From positions 1 through 58,469 of the forward strand of contig JBGQBE010000015.1 of NCBI GenBank assembly GCA_041494685.1: a stretch of DNA of 58,469 nucleotides. The letters run 5' to 3'. Below, piece after piece: positions 27,293-35,280 of this stretch; within the stretch, counting starts at the first letter, position 1, and each line of letters starts with the position of its first letter. A model generated the notes under the pieces. That model saw only the letters and a list, made by a program, of their open reading frames with translations, was not told the origin of the DNA and did not search any database. The translations under genes and the position numbers were made by a program. Origin of the DNA: Dehalococcoidia bacterium (GTDB lineage Bacteria > Chloroflexota > Dehalococcoidia > DSTF01 > JACRBR01).

Positions 27293-30055
27293 TCAGCCGG
27301 CCGCCGGCTCGACCTCGACGCGGAACGCGCGGTCGATCGGGGCCGGCTGCCACTGCGTGGTCCAGTACTTGAGGTGACCCTCGCCGCCCGCGAAGTGGAG
27401 CCACTTGACCATGCCGGGCTCGACTTCGCCCGCGTGCTGCCAGTCGGCGTACTGGTAGGGCTCCCAGCCGTTGTAGCTGATCACCTGCCCCGGCCGGACG
27501 CCGCCGGAGATCTTCGCCTGCGCGGCAAACGATGACAGGTCGTTTCGTACACGCACCGTTGCGCCGTCGGCGATGCCTCGCGCGGCCGCGTCCTCGACGC
27601 TCAGGAGCACGACTGGCTCACCGCGATGCGTGCCGAGCATCGCGCGGTCCGACTGGTTCATGGAGTGGATACTCCAGCGCGAGTGGCCGCTTGTCAGCAC
27701 CAGCGGGTAATCGCCGCCCATCGGCGGGTTCTCCTTGTGGGCGGGTAATGCTTCACCGGCTTCGATGAACCAGGGGTGGTCGATGTAGAACTGCGCGCGG
27801 CGCGTCAGCGTCGGATACGGCAGGCCGTGCTCGACGTGATGGCGGAGCGGGGCGTGTGTTTCGTCGGCGCGCAGATCCGCCGCCTGCACGGCCGCGAACG
27901 GCGTGATGCCCCAGTCCGTGAACCGTACGTGGCCCTGCTCCCGGAACGTATCGATGGTCGTGCCGGCAGGGAGCGTGCCCGACTCGACTGTGTCCAGCAC
28001 CATCTCCTCCAGTACCCGCTCCGTCGTCTCGAAGGCGCCGTTTGCCGTGAAATACGACCCGAGGTCGTCGAGACGGTGCGCCGCGCCCCGGCTGTCGGTG
28101 TACTCGACGAAGCCCCGCGCCTTCGCCCGCTCTTCGATCTTGCGCGCGAGGTCGGCGAATACCTCCCATTCGGGCCGCGCTTCGCCCGCTGGCTCGACGC
28201 ACGCGTCCGAGAACGTGAGGTTGAGCGTCTGCGGCGATGGCTGTGCGAAGCCGGGCTTCTCGTACGGCGCCGCCGCGGGCAACAGGATGTCCGCCTGCAG
28301 CGCGCTCGCCGACACGCGCCAGTCCATGCACACCAGCAGCTTCAGCCCGTCGAGGATCGGCGCGTACGCGCCTCGCCCGCCGCGCATCCGGCGCGCCCAG
28401 TTCGTGCCGATCTCGAACATGACGCGCGGCTGATGCTCCGGGCCGGGCCGCGTCAGGCCGCGCCACCAGCCCTTGTCGATGGCCTCGTCGACGTACGCTC
28501 TGAGCGGCCTGCCCATGCTCTGGTCGGACCAGTCCCGGCGCTCCCATCGCTCGGGGAGGGCGGTGTGGTGGTACCAGAGGAAGGCCGGCACGGTGCCGTG
28601 TCCGTTTCCTGCACCGCCCTGCTGCAGCTGGATCGCCGCGGCGGCATCCGTGAGGCCCGGGTCGTTGGCCTTCATGCCGTTGATCACGGCGCCCCGCATG
28701 TTGAGGATGCCGCGGAACACCTCGCGGCCGGCCACGGGCTTCATCGGGAAGAGGAACGCGCCGTCGAACATGCCCGTGACCGCTACGCCGATGCCGGTGC
28801 CCTTCTTGCCCCAGTTGCCGGTCAGCGCCAGCAGCAGGCACATCGCGCGCTCCATCAGGTCGCCGTGGTAGTACTTCGCCGAGTTGAAGCCGAGCAGGAC
28901 CGACGTCCGCCCGGCCGCGGCCTTGCGGGCGAGCAGGCGGATCGTGTCGGCGTGGACGCCGCACACAGCCGATGCGTCTTCCGGCGCATATCCCGCCAGC
29001 CGCTCGCGCAGTAGGTCAAAGGCGGGCCGGACCTCCACGCGCTCGCCGCCGATCGATGCGATGAACGTCCCTTCCAGCGCCGCATCGGCGTCCGCCGCGA
29101 GGATCTCGCGCGAGGCGGGCGCGATCGCGCCGTCCGCGCGCGACCACATGTAGAACTGATCGGCACGGCCGCCAGCTTCGACGTCGGCGCCGCGCAGGAA
29201 GCGGCCCGTGTCGCTGCGCACGAGCAGCGGCAGGTCGGTCTGCGACCGCACGAACGTGTCGTCCATCAGTCCCTCGTCGATGACGACGCGGGACATGGCG
29301 AGCGCGAGCGCGGCGTCGGTGCCGGGGCACACGCCGGCGTAGTAGTCGGCGTGCATCGCGGACGGGCTGTAGTCCGGCGCGATCGTCACGACCTCGGCGC
29401 CGCGATAGCGCGCTTCGGCGATGTAGTGGTAGTGGGGGATGGCGGTGTAGACGGGGTTGCGGTGCCAGATCAGCAGCAGATCGCTGTGGAACCAGTCGTC
29501 GAAACTGCTGGCGGCGGCGGCCTGACCGAACGTGAGATACGTGCCGACGCTGAAGTCGCCGATGTCGCCGTTCGTGTCGGTGCTCGTCCCCCCGATGCGG
29601 TTGATCAGCTTCTCGAAGAGGAAGCCCGCGGTGAGCCCGCCCTCGCCGGCCGTGCCCGCCTGCACGATCGCCTCCGGCCCGGACTGCTGGATCGTATCGA
29701 TCATCGTGTCCGCGATCTGCGTGAGCGCATCCTCCCACGAGACGCGCTCCCACTCGCCACCGCCGCGTGCTCCTTTGCGCCGCATCGGGTACGGGATGCG
29801 CGTGGGCGCATCGAGCGTGCGGCTCCACGCGGCGCCCTTCTGGCAGCCCATGGGGTTCATGTCGGGTACGCCGGCTTCCACCGGCAGCAGCGTGCCGGAC
29901 TGTTCTTCGCGCAGAACGCGTCCGTCCTTCATGTACGCGCGGAAGGGGCAGTTACCGGGGGAGCAGTTGACGCAATGCGTGACCCACTTCACCTCATCCC
30001 ACGCGAGGTGCTCCCGGTACGTGGCTTCGCCGGCGACGTTCAGGTCGGATGTCAT
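27293..30055 (-). CDS. Molybdopterin oxidoreductase alpha subunit 3 (DMSO reductase type II)
   Basis: MTSDLNV start; THCVNCSPGNC...NPMGCQKG, GDFSVG, PTLTRRAQFYIDH, SGHSRWSIHS; no Tat signal. Confidence 0.9.
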   Translation of the reverse strand: MTSDLNVAGEATYREHLAWDEVKWVTHCVNCSPGNCPFRAYMKDGRVLREEQSGTLLPVEAGVPDMNPMGCQKGAAWSRTLDAPTRIPYPMRRKGARGGGEWERVSWEDALTQIADTMIDTIQQSGPEAIVQAGTAGEGGLTAGFLFEKLINRIGGTSTDTNGDIGDFSVGTYLTFGQAAAASSFDDWFHSDLLLIWHRNPVYTAIPHYHYIAEARYRGAEVVTIAPDYSPSAMHADYYAGVCPGTDAALALAMSRVVIDEGLMDDTFVRSQTDLPLLVRSDTGRFLRGADVEAGGRADQFYMWSRADGAIAPASREILAADADAALEGTFIASIGGERVEVRPAFDLLRERLAGYAPEDASAVCGVHADTIRLLARKAAAGRTSVLLGFNSAKYYHGDLMERAMCLLLALTGNWGKKGTGIGVAVTGMFDGAFLFPMKPVAGREVFRGILNMRGAVINGMKANDPGLTDAAAAIQLQQGGAGNGHGTVPAFLWYHHTALPERWERRDWSDQSMGRPLRAYVDEAIDKGWWRGLTRPGPEHQPRVMFEIGTNWARRMRGGRGAYAPILDGLKLLVCMDWRVSASALQADILLPAAAPYEKPGFAQPSPQTLNLTFSDACVEPAGEARPEWEVFADLARKIEERAKARGFVEYTDSRGAAHRLDDLGSYFTANGAFETTERVLEEMVLDTVESGTLPAGTTIDTFREQGHVRFTDWGITPFAAVQAADLRADETHAPLRHHVEHGLPYPTLTRRAQFYIDHPWFIEAGEALPAHKENPPMGGDYPLVLTSGHSRWSIHSMNQSDRAMLGTHRGEPVVLLSVEDAAARGIADGATVRVRNDLSSFAAQAKISGGVRPGQVISYNGWEPYQYADWQHAGEVEPGMVKWLHFAGGEGHLKYWTTQWQPAPIDRAFRVEVEPAAG

Positions 30056-30408
30056 GGGGTGGCCTCCAGTCGGCCCGTCTCGATCGGGCATTGGGCAATC
30101 GGCGTGCCGCACACGTCGAGAAACGCCAGGAACGAGTGCAGCGCCTGCTCGATGTACTCCCGGTTGAGCGCGTAGTGGACGTGCTTACCCTCCCGCCGTC
30201 GGATGAGGACGTTGGTCCGGCGCATGATGCCCAGGTGGTGGGAGACCGCCGGCCGCGATAACGGCGCGCATCGCTCGACGATCACGCCAACCGGCAACTC
30301 CCAGACGCGCTCCGCGAGGAACGCGTTAAGCACGCGCTGTCTCTGCTGGTCGCCGAGGGTCGCGAGCAGATTCGTCACGGATTCGGGTACGGGAGGGTAC
30401 GCGTCCAT
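30052..30408 (-). CDS. ArsR/SmtB family transcriptional regulator
   Basis: LGDQQRQRVL, LSRPAVSHHLGIM, RRREGKHVHYAL; overlaps start of alpha 3; exact start uncertain. Confidence 0.85.
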   Translation of the reverse strand: MDAYPPVPESVTNLLATLGDQQRQRVLNAFLAERVWELPVGVIVERCAPLSRPAVSHHLGIMRRTNVLIRRREGKHVHYALNREYIEQALHSFLAFLDVCGTPIAQCPIETGRLEATP

Positions 30409-30425
30409 ATATCTAAACATATGGA
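30404..30425. promoter_or_regulatory. Putative ArsR operator
   Basis: AT-rich inverted repeat TCCATAT-ATCTAAAC-ATATGGA over the arsR-like start. Confidence 0.6.
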
Positions 30426-30510
30426 ATTGAACAGCGGACACCCCGCGTCTGTGCAGTGCCATGTGGCCCGGATCGCGCTCGCATGGGAGACGCGGCCCTG
30501 TAGCGGCGGA

Positions 30511-31356
30511 TCAACCGGGCGTAGGCGTGGCGATGGCCGTCTCTGTCGGCGTCGGCGTCGAGGTGTCGGTTGGCGTGGGTGTGTCCGTGTCCGCAGGCAC
30601 CGGGGTAGGGGTGTCCGTAGCTGTCGGCGGCACACTCGTCGGGGTAGGTGAGTCCGTCGGCGTGGGCGGGATCGGCGTCGCGGTCGGTGTCGCGGTGGCG
30701 TCCGGCATGAAGCCGGAGCGCGAGGCAGCGCTGCCACCGTGCTTATGGCAGGACGTGCAGTCGCCGCCGACAGGGTTGTGGCCCTGGCCCTGCAGCTCCG
30801 GGCCGTTGACGTTGTTATGCGACGTCGTGGTGTGACACACGACGCAGATGCTGTCGTGGAGTCCATTGTCCATGCCGTCGTCGAACGAGCCCGAGCCCGA
30901 GGTCGCTTGGAAGTTGACGGCGAGCCCGCCGATGTCCGTCCGGATCATCTCCTTGTTGCCCGGCGCGTCCGGGTTGCCGTGGGGGTCGTGGCACTGCGCG
31001 CACGAGACGTAGAACGGCTGCTGTTCCGCAGCTACGAAGTCCATGTTCGAGTGGGCGGACACCTCCGTCGCGCCGGTGGCGTTGTGGCAGCGGGTGCAGA
31101 CGTTGCTGTCGGTCTGGCTTTCGACGAGCAGGGTATCAGCGATCCCGGTGTGTGAGCGGTGGCAGGCGCCGCAGGCCGGCTGCGCCCCGTGCGGGCTCGT
31201 CATGCCGCCCAGGGTGGCGGCCGACGGCCTTGCCGGAGATCCGCCCGGGAGGCTCGCGTAGGCGTGGCCCGTCACGGCGGCCAGCGCGACGAACGCCAGC
31301 GTCACCACCAGGGCGGTGATAGCTACGTCGCGCATCCAGCTGACCGCACCACTCAC
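30511..31356 (-). CDS. Secreted pentaheme cytochrome c with Pro/Thr tail
   Basis: Signal peptide (..AHAYA-like GHAYA); CGACH, CTRCH, CAQCH, CVVCH, CTSCH; C-terminal (PT)n. Confidence 0.9.
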   Translation of the reverse strand: MSGAVSWMRDVAITALVVTLAFVALAAVTGHAYASLPGGSPARPSAATLGGMTSPHGAQPACGACHRSHTGIADTLLVESQTDSNVCTRCHNATGATEVSAHSNMDFVAAEQQPFYVSCAQCHDPHGNPDAPGNKEMIRTDIGGLAVNFQATSGSGSFDDGMDNGLHDSICVVCHTTTSHNNVNGPELQGQGHNPVGGDCTSCHKHGGSAASRSGFMPDATATPTATPIPPTPTDSPTPTSVPPTATDTPTPVPADTDTPTPTDTSTPTPTETAIATPTPG

Positions 31357-31661
31357 GCGATCACACTCCCACGTACATGATCCGTCAATTGGGCCGCTGG
31401 ATGCACAGCCGTTCGATCAGTCTTCGGCTATGCCTTGCGGCCAGCGCGGCGCATGCGTTGCTGATGCTGGATACGGTGGGGGGTGCGACCCGTTGGGATG
31501 GGCAACGTGCAGTTGAGGGATGTGCGCGGCGATGCCTATTCAGGGAAACGAGAACGCACCCTGCTGGGTGCGGACCGCAGCGCTTCCCTGCGCTTTCACT
31601 GAAGTGCTCCGTGGAGCCGCTGGGAGCAGCCGGCTACTGCTTCCCAGGGTTCCCTCGGTTT

Positions 31662-32999
31662 CTACCCCGGCGTATTCGTTGGCACCGGCGTATCGGTCGG
31701 TAGCGGCGTCGGCGTCTTGGTTGGTGTCGCCGTCCACGTCGCAAGCGGCGTCGGCGGCACCGGCGTGCCTACCGTCCAGTGGCAGGAGATACACACTCCT
31801 CGGTTGTCGTAGAACAGGTTGGCGCTGTCCTTGGCGGGACCGTCGGGGTCTCCCGTGCCAGCCGCCGGAGTCGCCGCGGCACTGCTGCCGTGCGCGAAGT
31901 GGCACATCAGACACCCGAAGGCGTCGTACTTCAATCCACCACCTGCCCCGACGTTCGGGTCGGTACCCTCAGCGGCGTACCGCAGGGCCTGCTTCGGTGT
32001 GCCGGTGTACAGCCTGTCGACGGCGTGGCGGTAGCGCGGCACGTCGCCGTTACCATCACCCGAATCTTGCAGGCCCGGGTAGACGTACGGTGGCACCGCC
32101 GTTGCCGTGCCCGCCTTCGGCGTGTTGTACGCACTCGACGGCGTGTTCATGGAGTTCCATGACCACGAACCGGACCGCGTCAGGTAGGACTTGTGGCAGG
32201 TCGCGCAGAATGCGTTCATGCCCTTCGTCGTGTCCGGCACCGCAGTCAGTCCGGCTCCGGGGAAGATGCCCGACGTGTACCGGGCCTTGCACTTGGTACC
32301 CGCATTGTTTTCCCCGGTCCACGGGGTATTCGTACCCGCCGGCACCGTGGGATTGACAGGGCAATCCACGATGCTGCCGACGTCGAACCCGTAGGTGGGG
32401 GCGTCGTCGCTGGTAGCGAGTACCTGGTTGTTGACCCAGTTCAGCAGATCAGGGTCGTTCTGAACCCACTTGTTGGTGATGCTGGCGTCATTCAGGAGGC
32501 GGTAGTTGGTGCTGCCGTGCGGGTTGTGGCAGCTGGTGCATTCCAGCGTGCCCTGCACACCCGTCCCGTTGTCACCGCTACCATCCTGGCTTCCCCAGGC
32601 CTTCGCGATCCCGGTCCCCCCGCCCAGGCCTTCAACGGAGTGCGATGAGGTCACCGCCTTCCCGTTTGCCTGCTCGAAGCCACCGCCATTCAGCGGCTTC
32701 TGGGTAACACCGTCCCACTTCACGTTTGAGGCGCCCTTCCATTCTCCGTGGACGACATCCGTGGCGACCTTGCCGCCGTGACAACTCGTGCACAGATCGT
32801 AGACGCTATCCACTTCCAGGAGGTAAGGAGCCGTTGCCGTGTGAGGCCGGTGACAGCCACCACACGAGGACGTCGTCAGCGTGTAGCCGCCGTGCGGCCC
32901 GTTGTTCGCGGATGCCGGCGTCGCCCATGCCGTGAGTCCCACGGCCGTCAGGGCCACACCCGCTATCACCATTACTAGCAATTTGAACCGTTTCATCAT
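31662..32999 (-). CDS. Secreted hexaheme cytochrome c, OmcS-like, with Pro/Thr tail
   Basis: Strong GGAGGAGGTGAG RBS; Sec signal ending PASA; CGGCH, CTSCH, CTSCH, CATCH, CLMCH, CISCH. Confidence 0.9.
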   Translation of the reverse strand: MMKRFKLLVMVIAGVALTAVGLTAWATPASANNGPHGGYTLTTSSCGGCHRPHTATAPYLLEVDSVYDLCTSCHGGKVATDVVHGEWKGASNVKWDGVTQKPLNGGGFEQANGKAVTSSHSVEGLGGGTGIAKAWGSQDGSGDNGTGVQGTLECTSCHNPHGSTNYRLLNDASITNKWVQNDPDLLNWVNNQVLATSDDAPTYGFDVGSIVDCPVNPTVPAGTNTPWTGENNAGTKCKARYTSGIFPGAGLTAVPDTTKGMNAFCATCHKSYLTRSGSWSWNSMNTPSSAYNTPKAGTATAVPPYVYPGLQDSGDGNGDVPRYRHAVDRLYTGTPKQALRYAAEGTDPNVGAGGGLKYDAFGCLMCHFAHGSSAAATPAAGTGDPDGPAKDSANLFYDNRGVCISCHWTVGTPVPPTPLATWTATPTKTPTPLPTDTPVPTNTPG

Positions 33000-33077
33000 G
33001 CTCACCTCCTCCCAGGTTCAGAGTCTGTTCCGGGGAGTTGTCGCTCCCCGCTTAACAGTCATTAACGGGTCTGCATC

Positions 33078-34088
33078 TTATTGCGTCCATGTGTCGATGC
33101 GTCCGTTCTCGCGATTTGCGATATAGATCCGGCTACCCGATACGACTATGCCTGCCGGGTATCGGAGCTGGCCCTTCCCGAAGCCCGCTTCGCCGAACTG
33201 CGCTTTGAATTCAGGCGTATCGGCCGTCGCGTCCACCACGATGGCGCGGTGACTGACCGTATCGGTGGCGTAGATCTTCCCATCGGAGTAGGCCAGGCCG
33301 CCGGGGAGCGCGACGCCGGAGGCGCCCTCGCTGCCGAGTCGGAACAGGTAGACCCCGTCGGACCCGAAGACCTTGACGCCCGTGATGTCAGCGACCCAGA
33401 TCCGACCCTTGCCGTCGATGGCGAGATCGGAGGGGAACATGAGGTCGCCCGCAGCCGCGCCCTTCTGGCCGAACCAGCGGATGAGCGTGCCGTCGGGCCG
33501 CAGGACGTAGACGCGGTGGCGCTCGGCGCCAGGCGTATCGGTGGCCTCGCTCACGTAGATCTGGCCGTCGCTATCGATCGCCACGCCGAGCGGCGACCAT
33601 TGTCCGAATCCGGCGGGTCGAAAGGTGTCGCGGTACGTGCCGTCGGCGTTGAAGATGAGCACCTGGTTCAGCCGGCGGTCGGCCACGTACACGGAGCCGT
33701 CCGGCGCGACGGCGATGCCCATCGGCTGGCGGGTGCCCTCGGTCGTGTGGGGCGGCGCCAACTCGCCTAATGCCGCCCCCTTGGCGTCGAACACCTTGAC
33801 GGCGTACGAGCCCGCGCCCTCGGCGACGTAGAGCCGGGAACCATCCGGGCTGAGCGCCATCGCGAGCGGCCGGTCAACGGCCGCGAGCGTACGGTCGAAT
33901 GTCGGCGCGCTCTTCGTGGAGGAGCCCAGCACTTCGGGCAGTCCGGCGCGCGGGGCGCGATCCCACCGCATCAGCAGTGTGAAGAGACCGAGGGACGCGA
34001 GAAAGAGCGCCAGAAGCACCGGCGCGACCGTGTACAGGCGCTTCCGGCCAGGGTCAGGGATCTGCGGTTGCTGCTCGATGTACGTCAT
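33078..34088 (-). CDS. Membrane-anchored NHL-repeat beta-propeller protein
   Basis: N-terminal TM; repeats PMGIAVAPDGSVYVAD, PLGVAIDSDGQIYVSE, PSDLAIDGKGRIWVAD. Confidence 0.9.
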   Translation of the reverse strand: MTYIEQQPQIPDPGRKRLYTVAPVLLALFLASLGLFTLLMRWDRAPRAGLPEVLGSSTKSAPTFDRTLAAVDRPLAMALSPDGSRLYVAEGAGSYAVKVFDAKGAALGELAPPHTTEGTRQPMGIAVAPDGSVYVADRRLNQVLIFNADGTYRDTFRPAGFGQWSPLGVAIDSDGQIYVSEATDTPGAERHRVYVLRPDGTLIRWFGQKGAAAGDLMFPSDLAIDGKGRIWVADITGVKVFGSDGVYLFRLGSEGASGVALPGGLAYSDGKIYATDTVSHRAIVVDATADTPEFKAQFGEAGFGKGQLRYPAGIVVSGSRIYIANRENGRIDTWTQ

Positions 34089-35020
34089 GGCGTGTCACCC
34101 CCCTGCAACTGCTGCAGCGATTGCGCCGCGAGCAACTCGCCCGGGTTAATCGCGACCGACTTCTGGTACGCCGCGATCGCGCCGGCCTTGTCACCGGTCT
34201 TCTCGAGGGCGTAGCCGAGGGCCCACCAATAGTGGGCGCCCCCGCCCTGTTCGGCGGCTGCCTGGAGCTTCGGAAGGGCCGTGACGGCGTTGCCGTCCAG
34301 CACTTCGAGCATGGCTCCGGCGTATTGGGCCTTGGACTGGTCGCCCATGGTTGTGGCCAGCTTCTGGATCTCGGCATACGCGTCCCGGAAGTCAGGCACG
34401 AACGCGACGGACAGCTCCAGCGCCGCGGACGCGTCGTCGTTGTTGTTGTTCAAGGCGAACGTCTTCCCTAGCTCGTACAGGGTGTCCGCGTCCGATCGAT
34501 TGAGGCTCAACGCGCCGCGCAGCTCGTTGATGGCGTCGTCGTAGCGACCCTGGTCGCGCAGGACGAGGCCCAGGTAGAAGTGCGCGCCCTGCAGGCGCTT
34601 GTCCAGCGCGCCCTGCGGGTTGTTGACGTTCGCCTGGATCACCGCCTGCAGCGCGCTGCCGGCTTGGTCGAGGTTGCCCTGTTCACGGTACGCCAACCCG
34701 ATCCCGTAGAGGGCATCCTCGCGGGTGCCGTCGATGTGCAGCGCCTGCTGGTATTGCGACAGCGCTTCCGCCACGCGATGGTCGCTCATATAGGCGTCCG
34801 CCACCGCCACGCGCAATTCCGCGCTGTTCGGGTCGCCGCGAATCTGTTCCTCGAGCTTGGCGATGACGTCGCGCATCGGGTTTGGCTTGCCGTTTGAGGG
34901 CCGGGCGATGTACGAGGCGACGATAAACGCGCCGACGACCAGGGCGATGCCCACCGCCATCGGGCTGAGCCAGGCCATCCGCGGTCGGATCGGGGCCATA
35001 CGATGCGTGTCCATATTCAT
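34085..35020 (-). CDS. Membrane-anchored TPR protein
   Basis: GGAGG RBS before MNMDTH; TM helix then repeated TPR helices (ALYGIGLAY, AHFYLGLVL, LYELGKTF, LGYALEK). Confidence 0.85.
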   Translation of the reverse strand: MNMDTHRMAPIRPRMAWLSPMAVGIALVVGAFIVASYIARPSNGKPNPMRDVIAKLEEQIRGDPNSAELRVAVADAYMSDHRVAEALSQYQQALHIDGTREDALYGIGLAYREQGNLDQAGSALQAVIQANVNNPQGALDKRLQGAHFYLGLVLRDQGRYDDAINELRGALSLNRSDADTLYELGKTFALNNNNDDASAALELSVAFVPDFRDAYAEIQKLATTMGDQSKAQYAGAMLEVLDGNAVTALPKLQAAAEQGGGAHYWWALGYALEKTGDKAGAIAAYQKSVAINPGELLAAQSLQQLQGGDTP

Positions 35021-35280
35021 GGCGATCCCTCCGGACTTCGTTCCGGAGTCATCATCGCCCGGCCGCCGTCGCATTCGGCAGTATCCGGCGTGACATCTTG
35101 GGCACAGCCGATGGGGGCTCGGGTACCCCCGGCACTCACCGGCGCTTGTGAAGAACGGTACATATGGCAGGTGCATTCAGGATCAGTGCCCTTTGTGGCG
35201 GCCGCCGGAACATGGCATCCATAGGGAGGACATAGCCGCCCGGTACCCCGGGCGGAGCCCGGGAACGAAGGCAAGGGCGT

